Below are positions 43,599 to 55,750 of a DNA stretch of 64,000 nucleotides, piece by piece. The DNA is from an uncultured cyanobacterium (GTDB taxonomy: Bacteria; Cyanobacteriota; Cyanobacteriia; Cyanobacteriales; Cyanobacteriaceae). The position numbers and the translations under genes are program-made. The first letter of the stretch is position 1. Every line of letters starts with the position of its first letter. The stretch spans positions 224,001 to 288,000 of the forward strand of contig CAVQBA010000001.1 of the NCBI GenBank assembly GCA_963710605.1, read 5' to 3'. Under the pieces are notes generated by a model. That model searched no databases. It had not been told where the DNA came from and saw nothing but the letters and a program-made list of their open reading frames with translations.

Positions 43599-45402
43599 TT
43601 AGAAGTTAGAATGATTATTTAAAGCCGTAGTCATTTTATCAATCACCTCTGCCACCGCAATCGCTCCTAAATCACCATTGGCACGAGTGCGGATACTTAA
43701 AGTATTAGCTTCTACCTCATTTGCTCCAACTACAGCCATAATGGGAATTTTTTGTTTTTCGGCGTTACGTATCATTTTACCCAAACGCTCGCCACTAGTA
43801 TCCACTTCAGCACGAATACCCAAAGATAACATCTTCTGACAAACTTCTTTGGCATAACCGATAAATTCATCATTAACTGCAATCAAACGTATTTGGATAG
43901 GGGCTAACCATAGAGGAAAGTCTCCGGCATATTCTTCAATTAAAATACCAATCAGACGTTCTAAAGAGCCAAAAGGTGCACGGTGAATCATAATCGGACG
44001 TTGACGGCTACCATCGGTGGCGGTATATTCCAGATCAAAACGATCGGGTAAATTATAATCAACTTGTACTGTACCTAATTGCCATTCTCTTTCTAACGCA
44101 TCTTGAAAGATAAAATCTAATTTAGCGACCATAAAAAGCCGCTTCACCTGGTGCTTCAAAATGTTCCATATCCAGATGTTGTACTGCTTTACGAATCGCA
44201 TTTTGAGCTTTATCCCAGACTTCATCACTACCAATATATTTATCAGAATTTGGATCTCGGAAACTCAAACGAGCTTTAAAATTAGAAAGCTGTAAACTTT
44301 TGAATACAGATAAAATTAAATCAACCACATCAAAAAATTCCGACTCTAATTGTTCAGGTGTGACAAATAGATGGGAATCATCAACAGTAAAACCACGGAC
44401 TCTAGTTAAGCCTCCTAACTCCCCTGACTGTTCGTAACGATAGACAGTACCAAACTCGGCTAAACGCATTGGTAAGTCACGATAAGACCGTAATTCGCTT
44501 TTATAAATTTGAGTATGAAAAGGGCAATTCATCGGTTTTAAGACAAATCCCATTTCTTTTTCGGCATCTTCGGTGCTTTCTGCCATCATCGGGAACATAT
44601 CTTCTTTATAGTTTTGCCAATGTCCTGAGATTTTGAATAAATCGACTCGACCAATATGAGGGCTAACAACTGGTAGATAACCTCTTTTGATTTGTTCTTG
44701 TTGCAGGTAATTTTCTAACGTCGATCGAATAATTGTACCTTTAGGAGTCCATAATGGTAAACCCGGACCGACGGGATCTGAGAAAATAAATAAACCTAAC
44801 TCTTTACCTAATTTGCGGTGATCTCTTTTTTTGGCTTCTTCTTTTCGACGTTTATATTCAGCTAACTGCTCAGGTGTTTCCCATGCTGTACCATATACTC
44901 GTTGTAATTGCTGATTATTTGCATCTCCTCGCCAATATGCACCTGCGATACTTTCTAAATCGATCGCTTTAGGGTTAAGATCAGCAGTAGTTTCTAAATG
45001 AGGTCCGGCACATAAATCCCACCATTGATCCGCTAGATGATAAATTGTAATCGTATCATCAGTAATACCGTCTAAAATTTCTAATTTGTAGGGTTCGTTA
45101 ATCTCTTTAATTCTAGTTTGAGCTTCTTCTCGACTAACAACTTCTCTGACTACAGGTAGTTTTTTATTGATGATTTTAATCATCTGTTTTTTGATTGTCT
45201 TTAAGTCTTTTTCGGTCAAAGATTCGGGTAAATCAAAGTCGTAGTAAAAGCCATTTTCTGTCCAAGGACCGATCGTTACTTGAGCATTAGGATATAATTT
45301 TTGTACCGCCATTGCCATCACGTGAGAAGCTGTATGACGAATTTTTTGTAAGGATTCTGATTCGCTGGTAGATGGTAATTTAATCGTTTCTAAACTAGAC
45401 AT
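43599..45402 (-). CDS. thrS: Threonine--tRNA ligase (frameshift at 44126)
   Basis: DLCAGPH, RDHRKLG, KPMNCP, MIHRAPFGS; removing one base restores AFYGPKLD. Confidence 0.95.
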
Positions 45403-45460
45403 AAATATTCGCTCTTTTTGTACTATCTTTTTCTGCTCATAAATTTAGATCTTAACCTAA

Positions 45461-45493
45461 AACAGATAACAGATAACAGATAACAGATAACAG
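45461..45493. repeat. AACAGAT heptamer tandem repeat
   Basis: Four units plus a partial. Confidence 0.8.
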
Positions 45494-45799
45494 TGAACGC
45501 CCGTACAGTGAAAAGAAGACAGTGTATAGCTAAGAGCTGATAGCAAGTAAGCAAGTGAGCTGAATAAATATTTTAATTAAATTACTTAGAACTTATAACA
45601 ATTTGATCTTAAAGTTTAATTTTTATTTTGTTAATCAAAAATAACTTTTCAATAATCTCCGAATACGTTACCCTAAATATTGAAGGTCAGACAAAGTTCT
45701 GTAATTTTGATCACAATAATTTAATACCTATGGTGATAAAGTGTCGGTAACTTCAAAAAACCTTTTTGTCAAAATACAAAGAATTGACTTTTACCCTGA

Positions 45800-46863
45800 A
45801 TGTTAACTCTGATATTAACAGTTGCAATCGTTCTCCTTGGTTCTGCTTTTTGTTCTCTAACCGAAACGGTATTGTTGTCAGTACCCGAAATCAAGGTTAA
45901 GCAATGGGTTCAAGCAAAAAAGAAAGGCTCAAATACCTTGTTACAGATTAAGAAAAAAATGAGTCGCCCGATCGCCACAATTGTAATTTTAATAATATAT
46001 TTAACATTGTTGGCAGTGTTGTTATCGGTACATTAACAACTCAAGTTTTGGGTAGCAAGTGGTTAGGAGCATTTTCAGCATTATTTACTTTTCTAATTAT
46101 TATTTTCGCTGAAATTATTCCTAAAACTTTAGGGCAAAAAAACGCTGATTTTTTATCTTTACTATTGGCTGTACCTGTCAAGACATTATCTTTTCTCTTC
46201 ACACCGATCGTGTTAATGATGGAAATTTTAACTGAGCCTTTAACTAAAGGAAAAGTTTTACCTACTACCAACGAAATGGAAATTAAGTTTTTAACTAATA
46301 TTGGTAGTAATGAAGGCGTGATTGAAGCTGACGAAGCCGAAATGATCAATCGTGTTTTTCATCTTAATGATTTATGTGCGCTTGATATTATGACACCGAG
46401 AATTATTGTTACTTATCTCAAAGGAGATTTAACTTTAGGTGAGTGTCAAGATTTTATTATTAATTCTGAGCATAGTCGTATTTTGATTGTGGAAGAATCG
46501 ATCGATGAAGTTATCGGTATTGGTTTTAAAACTGAATTATTAATCGCCATCATTCAAGGTAAAGGTAACAGTAAATTAGCTGATTTAGCTCAAAACGTTA
46601 ATTTTGTCCCCGGTAGTGTAAGAGCAGATCATCTTTTAAAAAACTTCCAAGAATTAAGACAACATTTAGTCGTTGTTATTGATGAATATGGTGGTGTTTC
46701 CGGGGTTGTTTCTCTAGAAGATGTCTTAGAAGTATTGACAGGAGAAATCGTTGATGAAACCGATCGAGCAGTTAGTATGAGAGAGATTGCTAGAAAAAGA
46801 AGAGAGCGTCTTTTACGCTCTAAAGGTATCAATGATTCTTCTGGTTTTTATCGGGCATCGTGA
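45800..46863 (+). CDS. CNNM/CBS (hemolysin/CorC-like) protein (frameshift near 45991)
   Basis: SAFCS..E, AEIIPK, MTPR, DEYGG..G.VSLED; adding one A restores ILNNIFNIVG. Confidence 0.88.
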
Positions 46864-47083
46864 TAGTTGATCTACGCTAAACCCATAACTTTCGGTTGAA
46901 TAATAATAATTCAAACATACTTACCATAGATAAATAACGATCGATTATTATCAAGATTTAGACGTGTCATTTCTACTAATTAACGAGCCAGACAAATCTT
47001 TATAATCAATAAAGTGCGAAAGTTCATGATAATGAACGAATTTTATTAGCCTTGCACGATAGTTCAAGGCGGATTAATTACTC

Positions 47084-47325
47084 AAAAAGAAAAGCCCCCC
47101 TTACGAAAAGGCAGGGCTGTTTCATTCAAAGGAAGAAGAAAATAGCTAGAAGCAAAAAATAAATAGCTTCTAGCTATTACTACATACTCGATCGAGCGAT
47201 TTAGATACATGATCTTTTTACTTTTAGAAAAAAACAGCTACATTTATTGCTATTTCTGGCGTTGTAGAAATCACAAAAAATAAAAAAGAAAAGCCCCCCT
47301 TACGAAAAGGGGGGTTGGGGGGATC
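47084..47325. repeat. Dispersed element flanked by identical 28-bp direct repeats
   Basis: AAAAAGAAAAGCCCCCCTTACGAAAAGG at 47084-47111 and 47283-47310. Confidence 0.8.
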
Positions 47326-47342
47326 GATTACTCAGACGTTAC

Positions 47343-49281
47343 TTATTCTTTGGTTTCAGAAAATTCAGCGTCAATTACATCATCACCATCATCAGAGGTC
47401 TGTACCTGTTGCACCAGCGTCGGCGGTGGGATCGACACCTGGACCACCTGCGGCATTAGGATCGACTCCCTCTGCACCTGCTTGTTGATACATACTAGTA
47501 CCGATCGCATAAAGAACTTGTTGTAATTCAGGCATTACAGTTTGAATTTTAGCATCATCTTCTTGAGCTACTGCTTCTTTCAAATCTTTGATAAGTACTT
47601 CTGCTTTAGTTTTGTCTTCAGCAGGTGCTTTATCACCTAACTCATTGAGTTGTTTTTCAGCTTGATAGACTAAAGAATCAGCTTGGTTTTTACGCTCAAT
47701 TTGTTCACGACGCTCTTTATCACTAGAAGCATTACTTTCAGCTTCTTTGACCATACGATCGACTTCATCATCAGGTAAAGTAGAAGCACCTGTGATACTA
47801 ATTGATTGTTCTTTACCAGTACCTTTATCTTTCGCTGTTACATTTAAAATACCGTTAGCATCAATATCGAATGTTACTTCAATTTGAGGTACACCACGAG
47901 GTGCAGGAGGAATACCATCTAAACGGAAAGTTCCCAAACTTTTATTGTCTTTGGAGAATTCACGCTCACCTTGAAGTACATGAATTTCTACATTACTTTG
48001 ACCATCAACCGCAGTAGAGAAGGTTTCTGAACCTTTACTAGGAATAGTCGTGTTACGAGCGATGATTTTGGTCATTACACCACCGAGGGTTTCTACACCA
48101 AGAGAAAGAGGTGTTACATCTAATAATAGAATGTCTTTAACTTCACCCGCTAATACACCACCTTGAATCGCCGCACCAACTGCAACTACTTCATCAGGGT
48201 TAACTGTTTGGTTTGGTTGTTTACCTAATACTTTCTCAACAACGTCTTTAACCGCAGGAATACGAGTACTACCACCAACTAAGACGACTTCATCTATATC
48301 ACTAGCATTAAGCTTAGAATCTTTAAGAGCATTTTTAACAGGAATGGCACATCGATCGATTAAATCGGCACATAACTCTTCAAATTTAGCTCTAGTTAAA
48401 GTTAACTCTAAGTGTTTTGGTCCATCTTGAGTTGCAGTGATAAAAGGTAAGTTAATATCTGCTTGACTTACACTAGAAAGCTCAATTTTAGCTTTTTCAG
48501 CGGCTTCAGTTAAACGTTGTAAAGCTTGTTTGTCTTTACGTAAATCAATACCTTCATTTGCTTCAAAATCCTTAGCTAGATAATCAACGATCTTTTTATC
48601 GAAATCGTCACCACCTAAGTGAGTATCACCAGAAGTTGCTAATACTTCAAATACACCATCACCAACATCTAAGACTGATACGTCAAATGTACCACCACCT
48701 AAGTCAAAAACTAAGATAGTTTCGTTGCTTTTTTTATCTAAACCATAAGCCAAAGAAGCGGCAGTAGGCTCGTTGATGATTCTTTTTACTTCGATACCGG
48801 CAATTTTACCTGCATCTTTTGTTGCTTGACGTTGAGAGTCATTGAAATAGGCAGGAACAGTAATTACAGCTTCGGTTACAGTTTCTCCTAAATATTTACT
48901 TGCGTCTTCGACTAATTTACGTAATACCTGAGCCGAAATTTCTTCAGGTGCAAATTGCTTACCTTGAGCTGGACAATCTAATTTAACATTTCCGTTACTA
49001 TCTCTAAGTACTCCGTAAGCTACTTCTGTAGTTTCGTTGGTTACTTCATCGAATTTGTTACCAATAAAACGTTTGACAGAATAAAAAGTATTTGTAGGGT
49101 TCATAACCCCTTGTCTTTTAGCGATTTGTCCGACGAGACGATCGCCATTTTTAGCATAAGCTACTACCGAAGGAGTAGTTCTAAAACCTTCAGCATTAGC
49201 AATAACAACAGGTTTACCACCTTCCATTACTGCTACACAAGAGTTAGTTGTACCTAAATCTATACCTACTACTTTTCCCAT
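47343..49281 (-). CDS. dnaK: Chaperone DnaK (frameshift near 47395)
   Basis: [17 protein letters not shown]; the expected tail [13 protein letters not shown] lies in another frame, ending at 47343. Confidence 0.97.
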
Positions 49282-49532
49282 ATTATAAAATTACTCCTGA
49301 TTAATATATATTCAATTTCTATATTGAACAAATTTAAGTAAAAAGCAAAAATGATTTTTAACCGTTTCTTTTACTTAAATATTTGTTTGTTTCGTGCTTT
49401 CTTCCTATATAGTGAATTAAAAAGACTTGTTTAAGGTAGTGTAGTTTTCCGTACCTCAGCTCTAATGAAGATACTGACACAATATGATCAGGATTGAGCA
49501 GCCGTATTTTGAAGCTTAATTAAACAAATATA

Positions 49533-49561
49533 TTGACAAACGTTGTGAACTACTCTATTAT
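49533..49561 (+). promoter_or_regulatory. Sigma70-type promoter of rplJL
   Basis: TTGACA-17bp-TATTAT. Confidence 0.75.
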
Positions 49562-49603
49562 GGTTTACTTGTGTATAAAACAATAAATAAACAAAATTTT
49601 GGC

Positions 49604-49795
49604 GACAGCCGAAGACAGCAGGGGCAATATCTAAGCTTAATGATCCTGCCGAGGTTGATGCGATAAGTCAATTAAAGAATTTGCAACTTTAAGAATAACT
49701 TTCTTTGTTCTGCTTCTTTAAAGAAACTACTATAGTAATAAATTATTATAATCATCAACCCAAAAGCCCTACTAAAAATTAAGCTAGGGTTTTTT
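49604..49795 (+). ncRNA. Ribosomal protein L10 leader
   Basis: GAAGACAGCAGG...CCTGCCGAGG kink-turn-like core, GGTTGATG/CATCAACC pairing, terminator-like CCCTA..TAGGG-T6, upstream of rplJ. Confidence 0.75.
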
Positions 49796-49888
49796 CATTG
49801 TGAGTTTTTAGTAAGTAACACTTATATACACAGTGAAACTGTGAGTCTTAAAAACTGGCAACAGAAAAACAATTAAACACCCAAGGAG

Positions 49889-50443
49889 GTGAGAATCATA
49901 TCTAAAACCTTTGAGAGTAAAAAACAAGAAGTAGCCGAAATAAAAGAGTTACTAGACAAATCCCGTTTGATGGTAGTCATCGATTATCAAGGGTTGACAG
50001 TTGCCGAAATTACTAATTTAAGAGGTCTTTTACGAGAAGAAGGTAGTGGTATTTGTAAAATTACCAAAAATACCTTAATGGGTAAAGCCGTCGAAGGTAA
50101 TGAAGATTGGCAATCGGTTGATTCATTGTTAAAAGGTTCATCCGCTTTTATCTTAGCTGACGAAGAAAATATAGGTGGTGCGGTGCGTGCCTATAAAAAA
50201 TTCGTTAAAGAGAAAAAGAAATCTGAACTACGTGGTGGAGTCATGGAAGGAGAAATCCTTTCCGCCGATCAAGTAAAAGCTTTAGCTGACTTACCAACAA
50301 AAGAAGAACTTATCGGTCAAATCGCTGGTTCGATCAACGCTGTGACTACCAAAGTTGCTCGTGTTATTAATGAAGTACCTTCATCTTTAGCTCGTGTTGT
50401 TGAAGCTGTTAAAGCTAAGCAAGAAGAAGACGAAGCCGCTTAG
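49889..50443 (+). CDS. rplJ: 50S ribosomal protein L10
   Basis: DYQGLTV, KNTL, LPTKEELI; upstream of rplL. Confidence 0.95.
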   Translation: MRIISKTFESKKQEVAEIKELLDKSRLMVVIDYQGLTVAEITNLRGLLREEGSGICKITKNTLMGKAVEGNEDWQSVDSLLKGSSAFILADEENIGGAVRAYKKFVKEKKKSELRGGVMEGEILSADQVKALADLPTKEELIGQIAGSINAVTTKVARVINEVPSSLARVVEAVKAKQEEDEAA

Positions 50444-50518
50444 GTATTTAATCGTTTCGTTAATTTATTTACATTTCATTTTTCGCAAATCAATTAATCA
50501 AGGAGATTATATTTAATC

Positions 50519-50905
50519 ATGTCTGAAAAAGTAACAAATATTGTTGAAGAATTAAAAACTCTTAGTTTATTAGAAGCTTCTGATTTAGTTAAACAAATTG
50601 AAGAAACTTTTGGTGTTAGTGCCGCCGCACCTGCTGGTGGAATGATGATGCAGGCTCCAGGTGGCGGTGGTGCCACTGAAGAGGCTGAAGAGCAAACTGA
50701 ATTTGATGTTGTTTTAGAAAGCTTTGGTGACAAAAAAATGGCTGTACTTAAAGTCGTTCGTACTATCACTGGTTTAGGTTTGAAAGAAGCTAAAGAATTA
50801 GTTGAATCTGCTCCTAAAGCAATTAAAGAAGCTGTTTCTAAAGAAGATGCTGAAGAAGTTAAAAAGCAATTAGAAGAAGCAGGCGGTAGTGTTACTGTTA
50901 AATAG
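50519..50905 (+). CDS. rplL: 50S ribosomal protein L7/L12
   Basis: [20 protein letters not shown]. Confidence 0.98.
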   Translation: MSEKVTNIVEELKTLSLLEASDLVKQIEETFGVSAAAPAGGMMMQAPGGGGATEEAEEQTEFDVVLESFGDKKMAVLKVVRTITGLGLKEAKELVESAPKAIKEAVSKEDAEEVKKQLEEAGGSVTVK

Positions 50906-51061
50906 TCTTTTGATTTAACCTCACCCCCAACCCCTCTTTTCAAGGAGAGGGGAGCTGTTTCATCATCGTTCGTAAAAAATAATCAGAAGCAAAAAATAGC
51001 TAGAAGCTATTATTCCTAGACGATCGAGCTATTTGATTATATTTTTCTTTTTTTAATTAGT

Positions 51062-52282
51062 TTAATGATTAACTGGTTGTAATTTGGTTTGTAATAAACG
51101 CAAGATAACGATCGCAATTACAATACTACTAGCTAAAACTAACCAAGAAATATCGGCAGTTGCTTTATCTTGATCTAATACCCAACCCCCTACAGTTGGA
51201 CCGATAAAATAACCGATCGCCCAACATTGAGAATTAATCGCAAAGTAGATTCCTCTTGATGACTCAGGGGCTAAATCAACTACTAAAGCAGATGCTGTAG
51301 GATTATAAGTTACCATAGCGATCGCTCCAAATAAAACGCTAATTACTCCTAAAATAAAAGCTCCCTGACTTACATTCCCCGTAAACCAAATTAAAACAAA
51401 GCTAATACCCCACAAAATAGAAGCTAAGGTCAAACCTTGAATATTGCTAATTGAATTTAGTACTCTCACCATCGGTAATTGAAATAATACAGCTAAGGCA
51501 ATGTGAAGCGTAAATAAGCCACTAATATTGTTAATCGAAAATTGATTGTTAGCGGTGAAATTCGTCAGATATAAAGGTAAGATACTTTGAATTACCGCCA
51601 TATAAGTGGTAAAAATGACATTGACGACAAAGAAAATCCATAATTTTTGATCTTTGAATGCAATCGCCCAACCTTCTTTAACTGTAGGAGTATCTATATT
51701 GCGAGGAACTTTTTTTTCTTTAATTGCCCAATATATGACAGCATAAAAGACGACAAAAGACAAGCCATCAATGATAAATAATAAACGATAATTATTAGTC
51801 TGAGCAATCAACCAACCACCGATGGCAACACCTAAACCTAAACCAACATTATCTGCTAAGCGACTAATAGCAAAAGCTGAGTTTCTTTGTTTGTCGTTAG
51901 TTAAGTCAGCAACTGCCGCTTCTGCCGCTGGCCAATATAAACCGATTCCTAAACCCATCAAAAGGTTACCGAGCAATAAAAAAGTAAAATCATTAGCGGT
52001 AATTAAAAATATATCAGCGATCGCCGAAATTACTGCTGAAATTAGTAACACTTTTTTTCGCCCCCACTTGGGAGAATCACTCCAACTTCCTCCCCAAAAG
52101 CGTCCTAATATACCGGCAATAGGAGAACTACCTAAGGCTATTCCTACCATCGTTGGGGAAAAATTCAATTCATTAACAAAAAAAATCGGGGCATAAAATA
52201 AAGTAAAACCTGTCCCAAATTGTAATAACAATCTGCCACCTGCTAAAATCCACACTTGAGGATTAAAATCAAAATTTTTCAT
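51062..52282 (-). CDS. MFS transporter
   Basis: About 12 hydrophobic helices, G.WSD...GRK motif A. Confidence 0.9.
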   Translation of the reverse strand: MKNFDFNPQVWILAGGRLLLQFGTGFTLFYAPIFFVNELNFSPTMVGIALGSSPIAGILGRFWGGSWSDSPKWGRKKVLLISAVISAIADIFLITANDFTFLLLGNLLMGLGIGLYWPAAEAAVADLTNDKQRNSAFAISRLADNVGLGLGVAIGGWLIAQTNNYRLLFIIDGLSFVVFYAVIYWAIKEKKVPRNIDTPTVKEGWAIAFKDQKLWIFFVVNVIFTTYMAVIQSILPLYLTNFTANNQFSINNISGLFTLHIALAVLFQLPMVRVLNSISNIQGLTLASILWGISFVLIWFTGNVSQGAFILGVISVLFGAIAMVTYNPTASALVVDLAPESSRGIYFAINSQCWAIGYFIGPTVGGWVLDQDKATADISWLVLASSIVIAIVILRLLQTKLQPVNH

Positions 52283-52380
52283 GTTGTAAATATTTGAATC
52301 GTTTTTTTGACAGAATTTTTACTTAATATTATTCATGGCTAAGAGTAATAATGGAGAATTTAGCTATAGAACTTTCGGTC

Positions 52381-52447
52381 GTTGGGTTTCGCTATTATTT
52401 TATGTATCGTCTATATTTTAAGATTTTCACTGCTTAACCCAACCTAC
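52381..52447 (-). repeat. GTAG-type REP-like element
   Basis: GTAG-GTTGGGTT...AACCCAAC on the minus strand. Confidence 0.6.
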
Positions 52448-52478
52448 AATCTGCATCGATCGCATTGATAATAGTCGA

Positions 52479-53015
52479 TTAAATTTGCTTAGTTTGCCAA
52501 TCGGCAATGAAAGTACCATCTGGGAGAGTCAAGTTGCAGTATCCCGCTCCCACAGCTTCGAGCTCAAACCCAATAGTTCCAGTGAGATCGACACCATCCA
52601 TACAGAAATCCCCTTCAGTTCCAGTCAAGTTAGCGTTTCGCAAATTAGTGGATTTTATGTAAACGTCACTCAGATCGGCGTTTCTCAAACTAGCCCCTTC
52701 CATATTGCAGTTAACAATTCGGCTTTCAAATATTCTGATTCGATCCAAGTTGGCTCTTTTAAGGTCACAATTGATAAAACCTTCAATCCAAGAGTCTTGG
52801 AGATTGGCTTCCATGAGAATGGTATCACAAAGATTAGTACGTTCCATGTAAGACCTACTCAAATTAGTTCTACTCAGGTTAGTAGTTTCGAGATTAGCAA
52901 AACTCAAATCAATTTCACTGAGATTTAATTCACTGAGATCGAGTCCTCGCCAATCAACATTTCTGAAGTCTCTTTCTCCAGCATCGTATCTTCTAAGCAA
53001 TTCTTCTCTATCCAT
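52479..53015 (-). CDS. Pentapeptide repeat protein
   Basis: MDREELLRRYDAGERDF, A(N/D)Lxx repeats. Confidence 0.9.
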   Translation of the reverse strand: MDREELLRRYDAGERDFRNVDWRGLDLSELNLSEIDLSFANLETTNLSRTNLSRSYMERTNLCDTILMEANLQDSWIEGFINCDLKRANLDRIRIFESRIVNCNMEGASLRNADLSDVYIKSTNLRNANLTGTEGDFCMDGVDLTGTIGFELEAVGAGYCNLTLPDGTFIADWQTKQI

Positions 53016-53283
53016 AATTCTAGTTTGCAAACACTAAATCAATTAAATAATAGCGTAAACCATATCTGGAAAACACTTCTACCTCAAACTAACACCTATA
53101 TCATCTACGAAATAGAAGATTTACCAACAAGATAACTAGCACAAGCGACTATTATAAGCAAACGGTAAAATAGATTACTAACCTAACCCTGAATTTGTTA
53201 CTAAAGATACTTTCAATTATATAGTGGAAGATAACAACGATAATATTTTAAATCTTATAACTATTAATTATTAACTATTTGAA

Positions 53284-54344
53284 ATGGCACAATTAACTTT
53301 AGAAAATTTACGCAAACAATTTACGCCACAGGTTATACCTGTTAAAGACATTAGTCTAACGGTAAATGATGGCGACTTTATCACTCTTTTGGACCTTCAG
53401 GTTGCGGGAAATCGACCTTATTAAGGTTAATAGCAGGTTTAGATGCTCCCACTCAAGGTAAAGTAGTTTTAGGGCAAAATGACATCACTAATGTTCCTCC
53501 TGGCGATCGTAATATGGCGATGGTATTTCAAAGTTATGCTCTTTATCCGCATATGACAGTGGCAGAAAATATCGCTTCGGCGTTGAAAATACGTAAAGTA
53601 TCTTCAGAGGAAATTAAAAATAGAGTTAATGTAGTCAGTCAAAATTTGGGATTAACCGATTTACTCGATCGAAAACCGAAAAACCTCTCAGGGGGGCAAA
53701 GACAAAGGGTAGCTTTAGCTAGAGCGTTAGTTAGAAATCCTGAAGTGTTTTTATTAGATGAACCTTTAAGTAATCTTGATGCACTACTTAGAGAAAAAGT
53801 TAGAGAGGAATTAAAACAGTTATTTGGTAATCAAAATAAACCTGTAATCTATGTAACTCACGATCAAACCGAGGCGATGACTTTATCGACTAAAGTTGTA
53901 GTTTTGTTAGATGGTAATATCCAACAAATAGATAAACCTGCTCGTATTTATACTCATCCGGCTAACCGATTTGTAGCTGGTTTTGTCGGTAGCCCACAAA
54001 TGAATCTATTTACTTTGAAGTGTGAAAATTCGGCGGTAAGATTAGGTGACACAATTATACCTTTACCTACTACGGGTATAACCTCAGATACGATCGATTT
54101 AGGTATTCGCCCCGAAGATGTAACGATCGCCCAGCCAACTGATAAACTAACTTTAACAGGAGAAGTATTATTAACAGAGAATTTTGGTAGAGAATTACTC
54201 GCTAGTATCAAAATACATAATTCTCGTCACACAATTAGAGCGTTACTCCATCCTGAATCAAGTTGGCAAAAAGAAAATATTACTTTAGGTTTAAATCCTC
54301 AACGTCTCCATTGGTTTGATACTAATACAGGTAGCAGAATTTGA
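53284..54344 (+). CDS. MalK-type sugar ABC transporter ATP-binding protein (frameshift near 53391)
   Basis: Adding one base restores Walker A GPSGCGKS; LSGGQRQR, DEPLSNLD. Confidence 0.9.
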
Positions 54345-54421
54345 GCTTAATTTATTAAACGGATTTTGTTAGCGTAATGGAGATTCATTGCAAGGCGGAT
54401 TAAGGGGATAAAGGGGATAAC

Positions 54422-54446
54422 GGGCAGAATGATATTCTGCCCCTAC
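54422..54446 (-). repeat. GTAG-type REP hairpin
   Basis: GTAG-GGGCAGAAT-ATC-ATTCTGCCC on the minus strand. Confidence 0.7.
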
Positions 54447-54534
54447 GTGGCGTTTTGATTATGGTTTGAATTTTTAAAATTACAACTGATAAATTCACGA
54501 TTACATTAAGCTAAAATAAAATTCGTAATTATAA

Positions 54535-55620
54535 TTAATCAACTAAATCAGGAAAAACTTCTTGCACGGCAGGATGTATTAAACGATGATACTGAACATT
54601 CAAACCTTGGGCTAAATTAGCATCTTGTTTTAATGCACCGATATTTTGATTGGCTAATTTGATGACGTAAGGCAAAGTACTATTATTTAACGCTTCAGTT
54701 GCGGTACGAGGTACAGCACCTGGTAAATTCGGTATGCCTAAATGAAGTACACCTTCTTTAACATAACAAGGTTCACTATGAGAAGTAGTATGTAAAGTTT
54801 CTATACAACCACCTTGATCGACAGCGACATCCATAATTACCGAGCCATCCGACATTTGTTTGACTAATTCTTGAGAAACTAGAATCGGTGCTTTTCTACC
54901 TGTAATCAAGACTGCCCCAATTAATAAATCGGCTTGAGGTACAGTCTTAGCAATATGAGGCGAACTACTATATAACAATTCTACCCTCGAACCAAATAGG
55001 TTTTCTAGATAAGCAAGTCGATCGAGGTTTACATCTAAAATTGTTACTTTAGCACCAATTCCCACAGCCATTTTAGCCGCTTCTGTACCGACGATTCCAC
55101 CACCTAAAATGACCACATTTGCTTGAGCGACTCCCGGCATTCCTCCGAGTAAAATACCTTTACCACCTTGTTGTTTTTCTAAATATCTCGCCCCGATTTG
55201 AACCGATAATTTACCGGCAATGATACTCATAGGTGTAAGTAACGGAAGTCTGCCATCTATTAATTGTACTGTTTCGTAAGCGATCGCTGTTACGCCACTT
55301 TTTAATAAAAATTCGGTTAATTTTCGATCTGCGGCTAAGTGAAGATAAGTAAATAAAATTTGACCTTGATGAATATATTGATATTCTGTACTCAAAGGCT
55401 CTTTGACTTTAACAATTAATTCATTATCCCATGCACCTTCGGTATCGACTATTTTTGCTCCTGCTTTGAGATAGTCTTCATTAGTAAAACCTGAACCATT
55501 ACCACCATTTTCTTCAATAAATACTTGATGATTTTGCTCAGTTAATACTTTGACGCTAGAAGGAGTTAGCCCTACTCTAAATTCACGATCTTTTATTTCT
55601 TTGGGTACACCGATTCTCAT
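54535..55620 (-). CDS. ald: Alanine dehydrogenase
   Basis: IGVPKEIK..E.RV, VKVKEP, DVAVDQGGC. Confidence 0.95.
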   Translation of the reverse strand: MRIGVPKEIKDREFRVGLTPSSVKVLTEQNHQVFIEENGGNGSGFTNEDYLKAGAKIVDTEGAWDNELIVKVKEPLSTEYQYIHQGQILFTYLHLAADRKLTEFLLKSGVTAIAYETVQLIDGRLPLLTPMSIIAGKLSVQIGARYLEKQQGGKGILLGGMPGVAQANVVILGGGIVGTEAAKMAVGIGAKVTILDVNLDRLAYLENLFGSRVELLYSSSPHIAKTVPQADLLIGAVLITGRKAPILVSQELVKQMSDGSVIMDVAVDQGGCIETLHTTSHSEPCYVKEGVLHLGIPNLPGAVPRTATEALNNSTLPYVIKLANQNIGALKQDANLAQGLNVQYHRLIHPAVQEVFPDLVD

Positions 55621-55750
55621 GGCAAAATTCTCTTAGAAAAACCTTACCTTCATCATAAATTATAAAAGACCAAATAATTTGCTCGATTCGATCGTGATTT
55701 ATTTTGTCTAAGTCGTATTGTTACTTTCGTGAATTTATTAACTCTATATT

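Noticed and set aside
43599-45402. thrS, dnaK and other split genes as true pseudogenes or programmed frameshifts
   Set aside because: Single-base indels in otherwise intact conserved genes, with no slippery-site pattern; sequencing error is more parsimonious
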